A stretch of DNA of 64,000 bases from Octopus bimaculoides (Eukaryota), in the NCBI RefSeq assembly GCF_001194135.2, contig NC_068983.1, positions 37,435,693 to 37,499,692 on the forward strand, written 5' to 3'. Positions 39,276-53,247 of this stretch are shown here, piece after piece (positions within the stretch are counted from its first letter, which is position 1; each line of letters begins with the position of its first letter). The notes under the pieces were generated by a model. It ran no database searches and was not told where the DNA came from. It saw only the letters and a program-made list of their open reading frames with translations. A program made the translations under genes and the position numbers.

Positions 39276-41464
39276 TTCTCTTTCTCTTCCTCTACTTCTC
39301 TTACACCTTTTCTTTGACACATGGAAGATATAGAAATTACAGATGCAAAATGTAAATTCCAGGTATATTAACTGTGGTCTAGTGGTTAGGGTGTTGCACT
39401 CACAATTGCAAGATTGTGGTTTCAATTCCCAGAGCTTGCAATGCATTATGTTCTTGAGCAAAACACTTCATTTCATATCGTTTCAGTCCACTCAGCTGTA
39501 AATGTGTGACTTAAGAAAATACTTCCAGTAACTATATAACTGCTAGAATTCTTGATCACTGATTGACTTAATGTATCAGGAAAAATGCATTGCATGATGA
39601 ATATTTTAAAAAGTTTGCTTTAAATCCATCGTCTTCTGTCACTCCAAGAGAAATCCTCCATATAGTTACTTGACCTGCTAGAGATAACAGCCAAACTACA
39701 CCCTACCACCTTATAAGGCAAACAATATATAACATATTGTTGTATTTCAGGATGGTCTTTTTTTTTTAACCAAATAAACACACACACTATATATTTTTTT
39801 CTTCACTTGTTTATTACTGTTCTTATTTTATTATTTCAACTCATGTCCAATCCCTGGAATTCTGTTTAGAACAGAATGGAGTGAGTGGAGCAACAATACA
39901 CACAAAAACGAAAAGTGTCACTGAAGAGGTCACAGATGTGTGACGAAAGATTTCCAGACAATGGACATAAAATAAGACCAGTAATAAACGAATGAAGAAA
40001 ATATATATATATATAGTGCATGTGTTTATTTGGCAAAAATAAAAGAAAAAAATGGCCATCCTGAAATATAACAATATCTGTTTCAACACATGATTTCACA
40101 TCAGGAATCTTGCAAAACGAATTGTTAAAAGTAATATATAACATAGTTTTGTGTATACTGTATCTAAAAATAGACATAATGGTTTTTGGCTAGCCCCCCC
40201 CCCCACACCTTGGTGGTGGTGGTGGTGGTGGCGGCACTGGCGGCTTCATCATTGTTGTTGTTGTTGCTGGTAGTGGTGTTGTTTTTTTTTCTTTCTTATA
40301 TCTCCTTTTGTACCTACAGTGTTGATAGAATAAATACCAGGCATGTATTATGTTGATTCAGTTGACTGTATACTTCTGAAAGTTAGTGATTGCATTCTAA
40401 TATAGGAAACCTTTATCACTATTTATGTTGCAGAAGAGCCATTTCATAATACACAAAGCTGTCAAATTCACTTTGAATTTATATCACAAGGTGCCAGAAT
40501 TTGTCTCACAAGTACAACCTGGTCACTGATACAATTTAACTGTCAAAATTAATTTAACAGATTTTGCCTGGTGTAGCCATCTGGTTTCACCAGTCCTCAG
40601 TCAAATCGTCCAACCCATGCTAGCATGGAAAGCGGATGTTAAACAATGATGATGATGATGATGCCTAAAACAGCTCTTCCAAGTTGTAAGTACTTCAGCT
40701 TTAATACAGGGTCTCACTCTTCTACTCTACAGTAAGACACCCATATCTGTTCCCTCTATACCTTAAATCTCTCTCAAAGCTACACCCCATCAAGTACTAC
40801 TGTCTTGCAAGGTAGTTCGTGACCCTGTTGATGTTGGTGCCATGTAAAAAGCACCTAATACATTCTGTAAAGTGGTTGGCATTAGGAAAGGCATCTAGCT
40901 GTAGAAATCGGGCCAAAACAGACCATCGAGCCTGGTGTGGCTCCTGGTCCTACCAGTACCTGTCAAACCATCCAACCCATGCCAGCATGGAAAACAGATG
41001 TTAAATGATGGTGATGTCTCAGAGCAAGTCATTTGCTTCAATGTACAACTGTGAAATTATTGTTACTTATTTTTCTCTATCTTTTCTCTGATTCCCTTCA
41101 TTTAAATTGGCCAGATTAGTCTTAAATATTCTATCTGTTTTAGATTCAAACTGTCCAGATCTAGCTTCTTACGCCTACTCAACAACAGCATTCTGAAAAT
41201 GAATAACATCATCGAATCTCGAAGCTACAAGATTCAAAACAGTGTGAATAGATAAGCATTATATTTGTCTGAGTAATCTGAATGCTGAAGGGTGGAAGTT
41301 GTATTAAATGCACCAAACTAAGCTAGACATTTCCTACATTTTAGTGTTGAAAGAATTTATAGGTATCAAGTATATAGAGAACTCAGTTCAAACGACAAGA
41401 TGCTTAACTTTACAAGTTAAGTTAAGAAACCTTTGCATTGCTTATACTCCAGTATCTGTCTGTC

Positions 41465-41541
<77 letters not shown>

Positions 41542-43100
41542 CATCTAACTTACATTTCTATCAGAATACATCTGGTTAGGTTGGACATTTTTGAGGGAGC
41601 ATGATCTCTCTGTAGCATGCAGTCTTAAGTAAATTTAGCAAAGTCTGATGAGAAAGTTTATCAGTAATGTTCCAGCTATGTGTTATTTATCAAGTAAAAA
41701 AGAAATAAAAACCAGCTAAATTTTGTCTCTTATCATGCCTGTGAGAACATGTGGCAGTCTGGAATAAGGTTGTAGTTCTAGGGAAATATTTTCATTCATG
41801 TTATTTACATTTAAAGTGTATCATACTAGCTGCACATACATATTGTTGCTATTATGTTAAATTATTGTATGTCCAAATGTGGCCAAATGCATTTTTTCAA
41901 TATTTGTCCATTAAAGTGATTGTGAGTGACCTTCCTGATTCAGTTCCATGACATGATAATTAACCCATAGGTAGGACCCTGGCTGGTGCTACTGTTCTGG
42001 CCCAGAGTAGATCTGGGCACAATAGCAGAGTGTGGTTCCACACTCCCTAAAACCCTGGAACTCCTGAAATAGGGCTCCGCTATCACATACAGTTTAAAGT
42101 CATAACCAGGAGAGACACACATGCTCACTCACTCACTCTCAAGTATAGATGTATTTACACACATACACATATATATACAGTGAAAGACATGTTGACAAAT
42201 AATGATACCTAGTGCCAGTCTTTTCAAGCTTAGCAGATAATTAATTTATTGCACTGTGCTGAATACATCCAAAGAAATGCTTGCCTTACAGTTTATGCAT
42301 TCATTCCTTGTAGAATTAATGATGGAATATAATTGTAAAATTCGCAGGAATAACAAACATCTGCTTTGTAATTTGACACTGTATTTTATCTAACACCATG
42401 GGACTTATTTGGAAAAGGTCTTGTCTCCATATCCCTTGTCTACAAAACACAGATGATATATCAAGTTGAGAGATGGTTAAAGAAAATCTACAGCAGTAAT
42501 ATCAAGAAGTTATAGTTATGTGGAGTTGTTTAAATATTATCTTCTGATCAACATCAAAGTAGACTTTAGCAGCACAGCCATCTGCGATACTCACACAGAT
42601 GTATTTATTGCAGATAAGGTAAAGTGCAGCATTTTGGGCACCTTATCTGTTGATGGTTTCTTTTCTTTTCTTTTTTTTTCTTTTTGCTCATTTTAATTAA
42701 TAAAGCGTTATAGAAATATGTTTTCATCTTAAGCTTGTTTTCATACAAAAAGGAGTTCTATCATGTGATGAAATTCTTTTGAGATCGAGATATGAATCTA
42801 CAGATGCTTTGGAATTAATTTCATCATCATTTTATCCATTTTCATTTAATGTCCACTTTTCCATGCTTGCATGGATCAGATGAGATTTGTCGAGGTAGAT
42901 TTTCTACCCTTCTGTCATCAACCCTGACTTGTTTCCAAGCAAGGTAATATTTTCCTATGGCCAGACATGTCTTTCACAGAAGACTGGAAATGAGCAGCTT
43001 TGCTTGTATGATGATAATGCTCATTTGCAATCATCATTTCATGTCTAGACAAGAGTATACATCACACACACACACACACACACACACAAATACGTGCATG

Positions 43101-43134
<34 letters not shown>

Positions 43135-46039
43135 TCTGTGTGCACATATATACATATATATCATTATTAATCATGACAATTGTTTCAACACATCTAGCAT
43201 CAATCCCTCACAGGTGGGACTCTCAACAACTGGTTCAGGAGCATCCGGTGGTGCAGATGTATCTCATTGAGTGATAGACACAACTCACTAAAATAACAGT
43301 TCCACAATGTAACTTCTCGTTTTGTAGAAAGAAAAGCAGCCAGACAGAGGAAATATCTTCATTTACATAGAAGATCAAAAATAAAATCACAGATGGAAAA
43401 AAGAGAAATGAACACGCAATACAGCAAGAAAATTATTAAAAATAACCGTTAACAAAAATGGATGTATAAACGCCCTCAAGCAAGCTGCATGGTGCAAGTA
43501 CACTTGCTCATACAAGCATCTGCAAAAATGTGAGCATACACACATGTGAGGTTTGATGTACCGGTGATCACAAAGCGAGTTAACTATCTACTTGGTATCT
43601 GTAAGAATGATACATCGAATATATAAAGAGTAGTAGAAGAGTTGAATTTAGAGAGTCATGCAGCTTACACAGTAAACACACCTTTCAGAATCAGCTATCA
43701 GTTTATGTATGAACTACCATGCAGTGTAATTGAATATGTCCAGGTAACTGCAAAGCCAGGAAATCTTAACAATGAATTTTTCTACAAAGAGCACATAAAG
43801 CATAATGTTAGGAGGTGTGAGAAGTGAATATAGTTTTATATTTTTATATGACTTCCCTATGATTACAGCTGTCTCGTAACCTTCCGCATGTAGTATTATT
43901 AATTCAAAGGATGCAAAATTATTTGAATGTTTGTATCAATATGTATGCTCAGCATTATACAATACAATTGTATAGTCACAAATTTATGCAATTAAAGAAA
44001 GCTAACTCATCAGTTCCTTAGAACATAATAGTTACATCTACAATTTAATTTTTTCAAGTTGAATCATAGATGATTCTTAATATGCCTTTATTTGTGAATA
44101 TACAGTTGTATTGTATAATGCTGGCCATACATATTGATGCAGATATATGTGTGTAATTTTCCATACCTAAACTAATAATACTACATGAAAGTTATAAAAC
44201 AGTTGTAATCATATGAAAAATAAATTTGTATTCACTTTTCACAACTCCTGACACTAAGCTTGTGTGTATGTGTGTGCGCATGTGAGAGAGAGAGAGGGGG
44301 GGAAACAGACAGACAGACAGTCTTTTAGTTTATGTCTACCAAATCCAAATCCACTTACAAATCCCAATATGCCATACAGGAGGACTAAATGCAAGACCAC
44401 ATGCTCGGGAAGCAAGTTTCTTAACCACACAGCGACGCTTGAATCTCTATTTATTTTATTCATATAAAAAAAAAACCGAAGCATTTCTAATGATGCTTAT
44501 TGGTGCGATTATTAAGCTTAGAGATAGCAAAAATGGTCACCTATGAGCTTTTGCAGTATTTACCTGAGTTGTGAGGGTTACAAGGTGTTATTAAATATAT
44601 TGTCATTGTATTGCTTATCTTGGGTAATGATTTTCAACTATTCTTTATCTTTGGACCCTTTCAATCCTTATTATACTCTGGTAGTCTCTCTTAGCAATTC
44701 GATGTTTAAAAAAACCCGTTTATATTTCTATTTTAAATATTGTTAGGAATAGTATTAAAAAATGTTAAAATATTTGGCGTATTGTAGAAGTATATGCAAT
44801 TTATTGCTCATAAAATTTAATAAAAAATCTTATATGGACCCTACCAAGGGCCATATGGACCCCACTTTAGAACTACTGAGCTAGGGAAAGTTAATATGAT
44901 GAAGGGTTTCTTCTTTAAATTTATATTCATCTGAGGAATAGAACTTGGGAGCTAAGATTTGAGATGAAAGATTTTCACCACAAACACAACACTGTGACAA
45001 TGTAAAAGGTTACAGTCTAATGGCTTTTATCAATAGTTGTGTCTCAATCTGTCAACTCAAATTGGGATTTTCCTTGCAGTATCCTTGTAGTATCAATAAT
45101 GTGACAAAAGTATGGTAGTGCTGCACAGAATTTTAAGAAAGAATACAATTGTTTCTATTTTCAAGTCATTAAATTAATAGTGATGAATATTATTACAAAT
45201 AGAAATTTCAGTTCTGTTTGATTTTAAGTTTAATGACAGTTGTTTTTGATAGAGTGGAGGAGGTATCTGAAGACTCAACCCTCACAACGCTTCAAGGAAC
45301 AGTAGGCGATGAAAATGGGTGGATTTTATTTTATTTTTAATTGAAATTTTTAAAACTAATATAACAGATATTTTTGTAAACTAAAATTTTGTGTTGAGTT
45401 CTATGTTTTCTGAAATCTGAAATTCAAAATCTCATGGCAATTCAATTTTTTTTAGTAAAGTTTAAAATTTATTTTTAGTAACGATGAAAATTTTTGGGAA
45501 AATTGAAGTAACATTTTAGTTTTATTTTATTCATATTTGAATATTGATATAATTTTTTCAATTCAGTTTATTTTTTTTTTTCTCATTTCAGGCTTGCAAA
45601 AACATCCCCATTTGTCATACTGAGATTACCAAACATAAAAAAAACACTAATCAGGGAGTGCAGACTGGAATTTTAATTTTTGGTATTTATCATTATTTTC
45701 CTCTTTTTTTTTATTATTTTGATTAATTTTTAATTTTAAGATGTTCTGACACTTTGTCATATATGACATGACTTTGAAAGAAAGAGAAACATGTAAAAGC
45801 TGAAAAAGCATTTCGCAAAACCAGAAACTTGAAAAATTAACATATGTATGACTCTACATACTTCCAATCTGAAGTTGTATTGAGCACACTTGTGTTGTTG
45901 TAACACCACATAAACATAGCCGACTTCTCCTACTCTTTGTAGATCATCATCAGCTTAACATCCACTTTTCCATGCTTGCATGTGTCAGATGAAGTTTATT
46001 GAGGTAAATTTTCTACAGCCAGATGCTCTTCCTATTGCC

Positions 46040-46070
<31 letters not shown>

Positions 46071-46229
46071 ATATATATTTATCATCATATGATAAAAGAT
46101 ATAGGGCATTCTGGCCCAATTTGGTTTCATCTTTAAAAAAAAATCATTACTAGTTAGTAAATCAGTAAATATTTTAAACAACAAAACTATTCATTATATG
46201 AAATTCTTTAACTTATATATTTTTGCCAT

Positions 46230-48650
46230 CTTCTCTTTTGCACGCTACATCTGATTTTTCTAATATCCCAGTTTTTCTCTCTGCTCATTTGTTATCTACC
46301 ATTCATGCATGTATTACACATCCAGTGGAGCATACTTACTTTGCTTGGCTCCAACTTTTGTACATCTACATTCAATACCCATGTTTCACTACCATGCTGT
46401 AGCACATTTTGCATATAAGTGCCACACAATCTATCTTTCACTTGGAAAGGGAATATAATAACTTTCTGAACTTTTCCTGCCCAGTTCTTAGATTTCAGAC
46501 CACCAACATCCACTGCTAACTAGTTTACTTAAGTGAGTAAAGCTATCAACCATCTTTAAGGTGTCCTCAAAGTGCTCTTATGGCTAACTACTCCTGTATA
46601 TCTGCTATATGCAAAGTTTTTCTTCTCTATCACACAGCTTGTGATGCAACTATAATTCTTATGCTTATATGATTTACAGTGGGTACACTGTATTGAATTC
46701 CTACCTCCTCCTTTTCTTCATTTATGCATGGCCACCTCCCAGGTGATATTAGAGTCCTGTCTTCTTTCCTGCTAATGAGAACTTTTGTCTTTGCTAGGTT
46801 TACTTTGAGATCTCTTTTTGCTTTTATAATTGAGATTTCTTCTCTACATCACCAATTGATTCATTTATGAGAACTAGGCTTTCAGTGTAAAAGAGTTCCC
46901 ACAGACATCTGGTCTGAAACCCTTCTTTTAAGATCCTAGAGATTTATAATAAAGAAGTGGAGTGAGAACCAAGCTCTGGTGGACATCTACCCACAAACTA
47001 AATTCATATGATCAATTCTTACCTTACTGACAGTGTCACTATTTTACATGGTTCACATATCTCTCACATGTTATTTATCTATACACAGTTTTCTTAATGA
47101 CATAGATTCAGAGCAGAGTACCCTGTCATCAGCTATCTCTTGTTTGAAGAAATGTGAAGTATAGTGGCTTACTCTTAGCTAAGACCTTTCTTGTAGTTAA
47201 AAGATATTAGTCATACTCTGTTCTGGCACAAAATCAAGCTGCATCTCAGCAAATTAACTTTCTAATTAGTAGTATAATAACTCTGTTGCTTTGATAACTT
47301 TGTCTATCAGTTTCATATCTCTGTAGTTGCTTCTTTGTTGAGCATCTTTAACTTTCTAGCAGTTCATGAGGATATTGCTTTACTAGTCAGAGTGTGAAAC
47401 CATCTTGGACTACCTGATTGATTTTATCAGTGACTAGTGTGTACCCAACTTTGTTTCATCTTTTCAGTATCCCAGTGACTATCCATGATGGTTCAGTTGC
47501 TCTCCTTGTCCTTGTATTCTTAATCATTTTTTCAACTGAATGTCTGTCACCTTTAATACCTAGTCCCGCTTGAGTCTACTTGGAGGCAGACTCTCTCTCT
47601 CTCATACTGCTCCAACCAGAAATCTGGTCTGTGGTTCACAACAAGTCTTGTAGAAACTCCCAGTTTCCTATATGGTATAGGCTTATAGCCGCTCTTTCTC
47701 CACATACAAAAACTACAATTTCTCTGATCCTAAATTTAGCAAAAGCATCCTTGTGCTGCCATACTTTCCTTCTCTAGATTATGTTGTACCTCTGGGTCCA
47801 TTTAACCCTCCCTCTAAAGTCTCTAGTCACTGGTCTATATTTAGTGATGCATTCACCTGGGAAAACTTGATACTCACACCCATCTGTCTGTCCCATTTCT
47901 TGGTGAGTACAAAATCTATTTGGCATGTGAGTTCATCTGACTGGCTGTGACCGTGTAACCTGGCATGATTAATTGATGCGGTCACCAGCCAAGATAATGA
48001 GGTCACTCTCATTCCACATTGAGACATTCGGCAACAGAGCCTCATGGTTCTTTGTTTTCATCTGTCTGTCCTAATTATTGTACAGAGATCACTGTTACTG
48101 CCCATGATTTATTAAGTTTAATTATCCTGTCACATACTTTGACTCCATTAATTACTTCACCTATCCATTTCCAAACCAACCTGTCTACTCCTCCCACCTT
48201 CTCAGAAGATATTGTATCTGTGTTCTTTAACTACAAGGAATCGAATCTGGTTGAGGCTCCCTTCCATCTTATCACTTGTGTGCAGCACACATCTTCTCAC
48301 CTCCTCTCCATCATCTCTACAATCTCTTCAGACCTTTCATTATGTCAGCATTGATGGTAGCAGCCCTGAAGTTTTGTAACTTACAGGAAGAAAGGGTCTA
48401 GTAGAGAACTCATTGTTGCTTGATGTTCATTTTCTGCATTTGAAAGGAAGAGTCTTTACGCAATCACTTGATGATGCACAAGGCTAAAGTGGACATCCAA
48501 CAACCTCATTGCCATACTCAGCACTTACATGGAAATTGATAGTCTTGTAGATGCAGTTAAGGCTTTCCATTGTATTTGTGTCTATTGTGATTGGGGCATA
48601 GTTTTATTAACTGAATTCCTTTCCTATCACCAGCCTCTTTACATCATGGA
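46230..48650 (-). mobile_element. Decayed RTE-clade LINE (AP endonuclease and RT relic)
   Basis: Minus-strand peptides across frameshifts and stops: LIILAGD, QIDFVLTKKWDR and KVFPGECITKYRPV (APE); EMQLDFVPE and ELFYTESLVL (RT; resembles ELLYADDL); VKDRLC...HGSETW...SMLHWMC and REKLG (RTE C-terminus). Confidence 0.85.
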
Positions 48651-50538
48651 TTGGGTGCATTTTATTGTACCACCAACACCAGAAAGGTTATTTGCCAGGA
48701 CTAAAGAAAAATATCTACACTTTGTTAGTTTTATTTAGTGTTACTAATCTCTTAGCTAAGTTGCCTTTGCTGTGGATTGTGAAGTCCATCTCTCCTTTAT
48801 TCAGTGTTACTGCTCACCTAGAATGATTACTTTCACAACCAAAGCTTTGTGAGTGGATTTGGTAGATGGGAACTGAAAGAAGCCCATCGTATGTATGTAT
48901 GTGCATCTTTGTGTCTTTGTTTGTCCCCCACTACCACTTGGTAACTGGTGTTGGTATGTTTACAGCCCCCTAAACTTAGCAGTTTGGCAAAAGAAACTGA
49001 TAGAATAAGTATTAGGCTTAACAAACAAGTACCGGGGTTGCTTCATTTAACTAAAATTTCTTCAAAAGTTATGCCCCAGCATGGCCACAGTCTAATGACT
49101 GAAACAAGTAAAAAGATAAACAGATAAAAAAAGACATGTTTCTGTTTGTGAGCTGGTTAAGCATTTAATCAATTAACTGATCGATTTTTTGATCAATCAT
49201 TTAGTCAATCAATCAACCGATCAGCTGGGTTTGTCAAAGTCCTTTCATCACTATTTGCAACTACCTCAATGACTTGTCCTCTTTACGCCAGATCTACTTC
49301 ATGTCTGTTTGTCTCCAAGTTTACAAGTCTCCTCAGTTTATAATCATTGTCATCAATAATATTTTTTTTTTCCTGCTCGAGCAGTATATGAAACCTGTAT
49401 TCCAATTTCAGCAACATCTCACATTCGTCTTTTCTCTGAAAATCTTCTACTTTGACTGTTACTGCCAATAAAAACTACACTTCTGACAAATTCCTTTGTG
49501 AATATTATAATTAACTTTTCTTATGATGAAAGAATTTCTCTGGCAATGGAGGTGCCTGAAAATCTTGCAGTTACTGTCAACACAGCCACAGTTAACTATA
49601 TTACCAATATCATAACTGGTGCCACAATTATTAGTACTTAGAATATCTTGGTAGTGGAACCGGTCAGTCACCTCAACTAAAACCCCTTGATGAAAGTAAA
49701 TTGTCACATTAATCAGTATTATTATTATTATTATTATTATTTAATAGTTTCAGGCAAATTTATTATTATTGTTGGCAGTCAGCTGGAAGTACTGTTAGCA
49801 CTCTGGACAAAATACTTAGCGGTATTTCATCTCTCTTAAAATTCTGAGTTCAGTTACCACTGAGGTTGATTATGTCTTTCATCCTTTCAGGATCAATAAA
49901 ATAAGTACCAGTTGAGCATTAGGGACGATGTAATCGACAAGCCCCTACCTCAAAATTACAGGCCCTGTGCCTATTATGTAAAGGATTAGGTTGGCTTTGT
50001 CTTTCATCCTTTCATTGAGCCCTTGTGTTAAGGTAATCAGTTTAACCCCACTGCCCCTAATTTCTGACCTTGTGCCAAAATTTGAAATCATTATTGTTGT
50101 TGTTGTTCAGGCACATGGCTTAGTGGTTAGGGTGTTGCACTCACAATTGCGAGATCATGGTTTTGATTCCCAGACCAGGCGTTGCATTGTGTTCTTGAGC
50201 AAAACATCATTTCACGTGGCTCTGCAATCCTTTTTTTCATCTGACATGTGTCACATGGTGCCCCTGTACAGGTAGTGTCAATTTGATGGAGGGAGTGAGC
50301 TTATGTGAACACAAACATTTGATCACTATAAACAAATCATCTCGGTGGTTGTTCAGCAAGGAATTGCAGAACCTTCATGTGTCATCTAACAATGAGAGGA
50401 GAGTCCATGATTATCATCATCATCATCATCATCACCACTACCACAAAGTAGAGAATGGCAGAATTGAGGGGGCATCTTGCAGTATTTAGTCCAGATCTCT
50501 CAGGGGTTGATTTTTGCCTTCTATTCTTCTAATGTTTA

Positions 50539-50924
50539 GTGGAGGCGTAATGGCCCAGTGATTAGGGCAGCAGACTCACGGTCATAGGATCGTGGTTTCG
50601 ATTCCCAGACCGGGTGTTGTGAGTGTTTATTGAGCGAAAACACCTAAAGCTCCACGAGGCTCCGGCAGGGGATGGTGGCGACCCCTGCTGTACTCTTTCA
50701 CCACAACTTTCTCTCACTCTTACTTCTTGTTTCTGTTGTGCCTGTAATTCAAAGGGTCAGTCTTGTCACACTGTGTCACGCTAAATACCCCTGAGAACTA
50801 CGTTGAGGGTACACATGTCTGTGGAGTGCTCAGCCACTTGCACGTTAATTTCACGAGCAGGCTGTTCCGTTGGTAGGATCAATTGGAACCCTCGATGTCG
50901 TAAGCGACAGAGTGCCAACACATA
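50539..50924 (+). mobile_element. tRNA-derived SINE, young full-length copy with TSD
   Basis: A-box TGGCCCAGTGATTAGG and B-box GGTTTCGATTCC. The 14-bp TSD TCTTCTAATGTTTA is at 50525-50538 and 50925-50938. An older homologue is at ~11250-11570. Confidence 0.88.
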
Positions 50925-52085
50925 TCTTCTAATGTTTATACAGTTAGTAACAGTGGAATATTGGTAGTATTTGAATTGTTCATAACCATCACTTTCAGAA
51001 TTTGTTGCTTGACACTTGAAATAGAAACCATCCTTATTTTCAGAATGGTGAATGGCTAAATTGATGGTGTGGGGTTTCATCATCGTCGTCGTTTAACGTC
51101 CACTTTCCATGCTAGCATGGGTTGGACGATTTGACTGAGGACTGGTGGACCAGGAAGCGACACCAGGCTCCAATCTGATTTGGCAGAGTTTCTACAGCTG
51201 AATCAGATTGGAGCCTGGTGTTGCCTCCTGGGCCACCAGTCCTCAGTCAAATCGTCCATTGTTAAAATAAATACTAATATTGTAGTTGATTTAACTAACC
51301 CGCCTTCACCCCCAAAAATATTATGGTATCATGCCAATGTTAGGAATTATTGTTATTTTAGTGCAAAAAATACCACTGAAGTCAAATTGGCTTTACATTG
51401 CTCTGTAATCAAGCAAATAAAAGACCAATAGTCCAAGACTAATGGTCTTTTCTCTTACATTTGTGGTCTTCTGCCAAACATAGAAACCATTATTTTAGTA
51501 TAGTCCGTGTTAAAATACCTTGTAGTGTTTGTTTAGTATTGATGCTCTGTAAAGTAGTTAGCATTAGCCATAGAAACCAAACCAAAACAGACAACTGGAG
51601 CCTGATGCAGATCTCCAGCTTGCCAGCTCCAGTCAGACTGTCCAACCCATGCCAGCATGGGAAACAGACGTTAAATGATAATTATGATGATGATGATGAC
51701 TTTATATATTGAAGTTAAATTCCGTTGGTAATAATGGTTCTTAGAGATGGTGGTGGGGTGTCAACTTTGTCTTGAATCCTTCAATGGTCAATAATATAAG
51801 TACGAGTTTAATACTAGGCTCAATCTAATCAACTATTCTATCCCCTAAATTTTGTGGCCTTGTATCATCATGCTGACATGGATCAGAGGGGTTATTTGCT
51901 ACTCTCCTTAGATGAGTTGGCAGACTACATCTCATTCACAGGTTTCATTTTTGGTTTGGTTTCTACAACTGGATGCTTTTCCTAACACCAACCACTTTGC
52001 AGAGTGTACTAACTGCATTATATCATGATGCCAGCACTAGACAGGTTGTCACATATTCAACAAGAGTAAGGGGTCTACCTAGCCC

Positions 52086-52510
52086 TACATCATCTTCATC
52101 ATCATTTAATGTTCGTTGTCCATGCTGGCATGGATTGGATAGTTTGACTGGGCTGGCACACTGGAAGACTGTGTCAGGTTCCAGTGTGATTTGGCATGGT
52201 TTTCTACAGCTAGATGCCCTTCTTAACACTAACCACTCTGAGAGTGTAATGGGTGTTTTTACGTACCACCGGCACAGGTACCATTTGTGTGACACTGGGG
52301 TGTGTTTACATGCCACTGGCATGAGTGCCATTTGCGTGACACGAGTATCTGCCATGACTGCGATTTTGCTCGGCTTGATGGGTCTTCTTCTCAAGCATGA
52401 CATAATGCCAAAGGTCTTCATCATTGCCTTTGTGTGGCCCAACACTCGAAAGGAACTTAGTCACTTTGCCCCCATGAGGCCCAATACTTGAAAGGAACTC
52501 AGCCGTCTAG
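52086..52510 (-). mobile_element. RTE-type 3' end element with a longer 3' UTR
   Basis: (CAT)n plus the reverse-complement family motifs. It shares upstream sequence with 63445-64000. Confidence 0.7.
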
Positions 52511-53247
52511 TGCATTTCATCATGTCACCAGCACATCTAACTGTTATTGTGTTGCTCAGGAAAAAGTGGAAGAAATAATATTTCTTCCACTTCAAATTTT
52601 GGCTCATGTTAAGAAATTTCAGGAGTGGTTAGATCGACCCATGTACTCAACTGGTACTTGTTTTATCAACCCTAAAATGAAGCATTTTGTCTAGTGTCCA
52701 TTCACATTCTGAATCCTTATTTTGCCACTGTTAGTTTTGCCTTTCATTTTTTGGGGGTTGATATATTCTGTTGTTCACTTCTTCAAGATCTTTGGCTTTG
52801 TGCCTTTGTTAGACTTCACATACCTTTCAGCAACTCTCTTCTTAACTGCTAGTCATCCCACTTTTGTTGATATTCACCACTTCTCTCTCTTACTATTACT
52901 CATCTCTATTATCTCTTCCTATCCATCACCTGCGGCATCAATGAGATGTTGTCCTAACTCTAAATAAAACTGACATCAGTGAGATGTTGTAGTAACTCTA
53001 AATAAAACTGACTCTAACCATTGCAACCCATTCAATCCATGCCAGCATGGAAAGTAGATGTATGATGATGATGATAATGATACCAATGACGACAACTACT
53101 ACCACCAACACTATCATCATAACCACCACCACCACCACCACCACTACTATACTCATCACTCTTTTAAATAGGTTTTTCCCACTTTGAAATCATTAAAGAT
53201 ATTGTACAATTTCATTATTATTTTATTGTGTTTTATCAGAAAAATAT

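Noticed and set aside
38849-39461. 168-aa hydrophobic ORF and antisense ER-rich ORF
   Set aside because: Most of the length comes from the (CT)-rich minisatellite.
49283-49707. Minus-strand ORFs with a charged helical look (KVEDFQRKDECE...) and a Cys-rich stretch (CGCVDSNC...C)
   Set aside because: The splice signals are weak and only the cysteine spacing loosely recalls integrase-associated CXC tails. I cannot support a gene or transposase call without tBLASTn.
50539-50615. tRNA gene-like sequence (also other SINE heads)
   Set aside because: The A and B boxes continue into a ~310-bp SINE body with a TSD, there is no closing acceptor stem, and many diverged copies exist.
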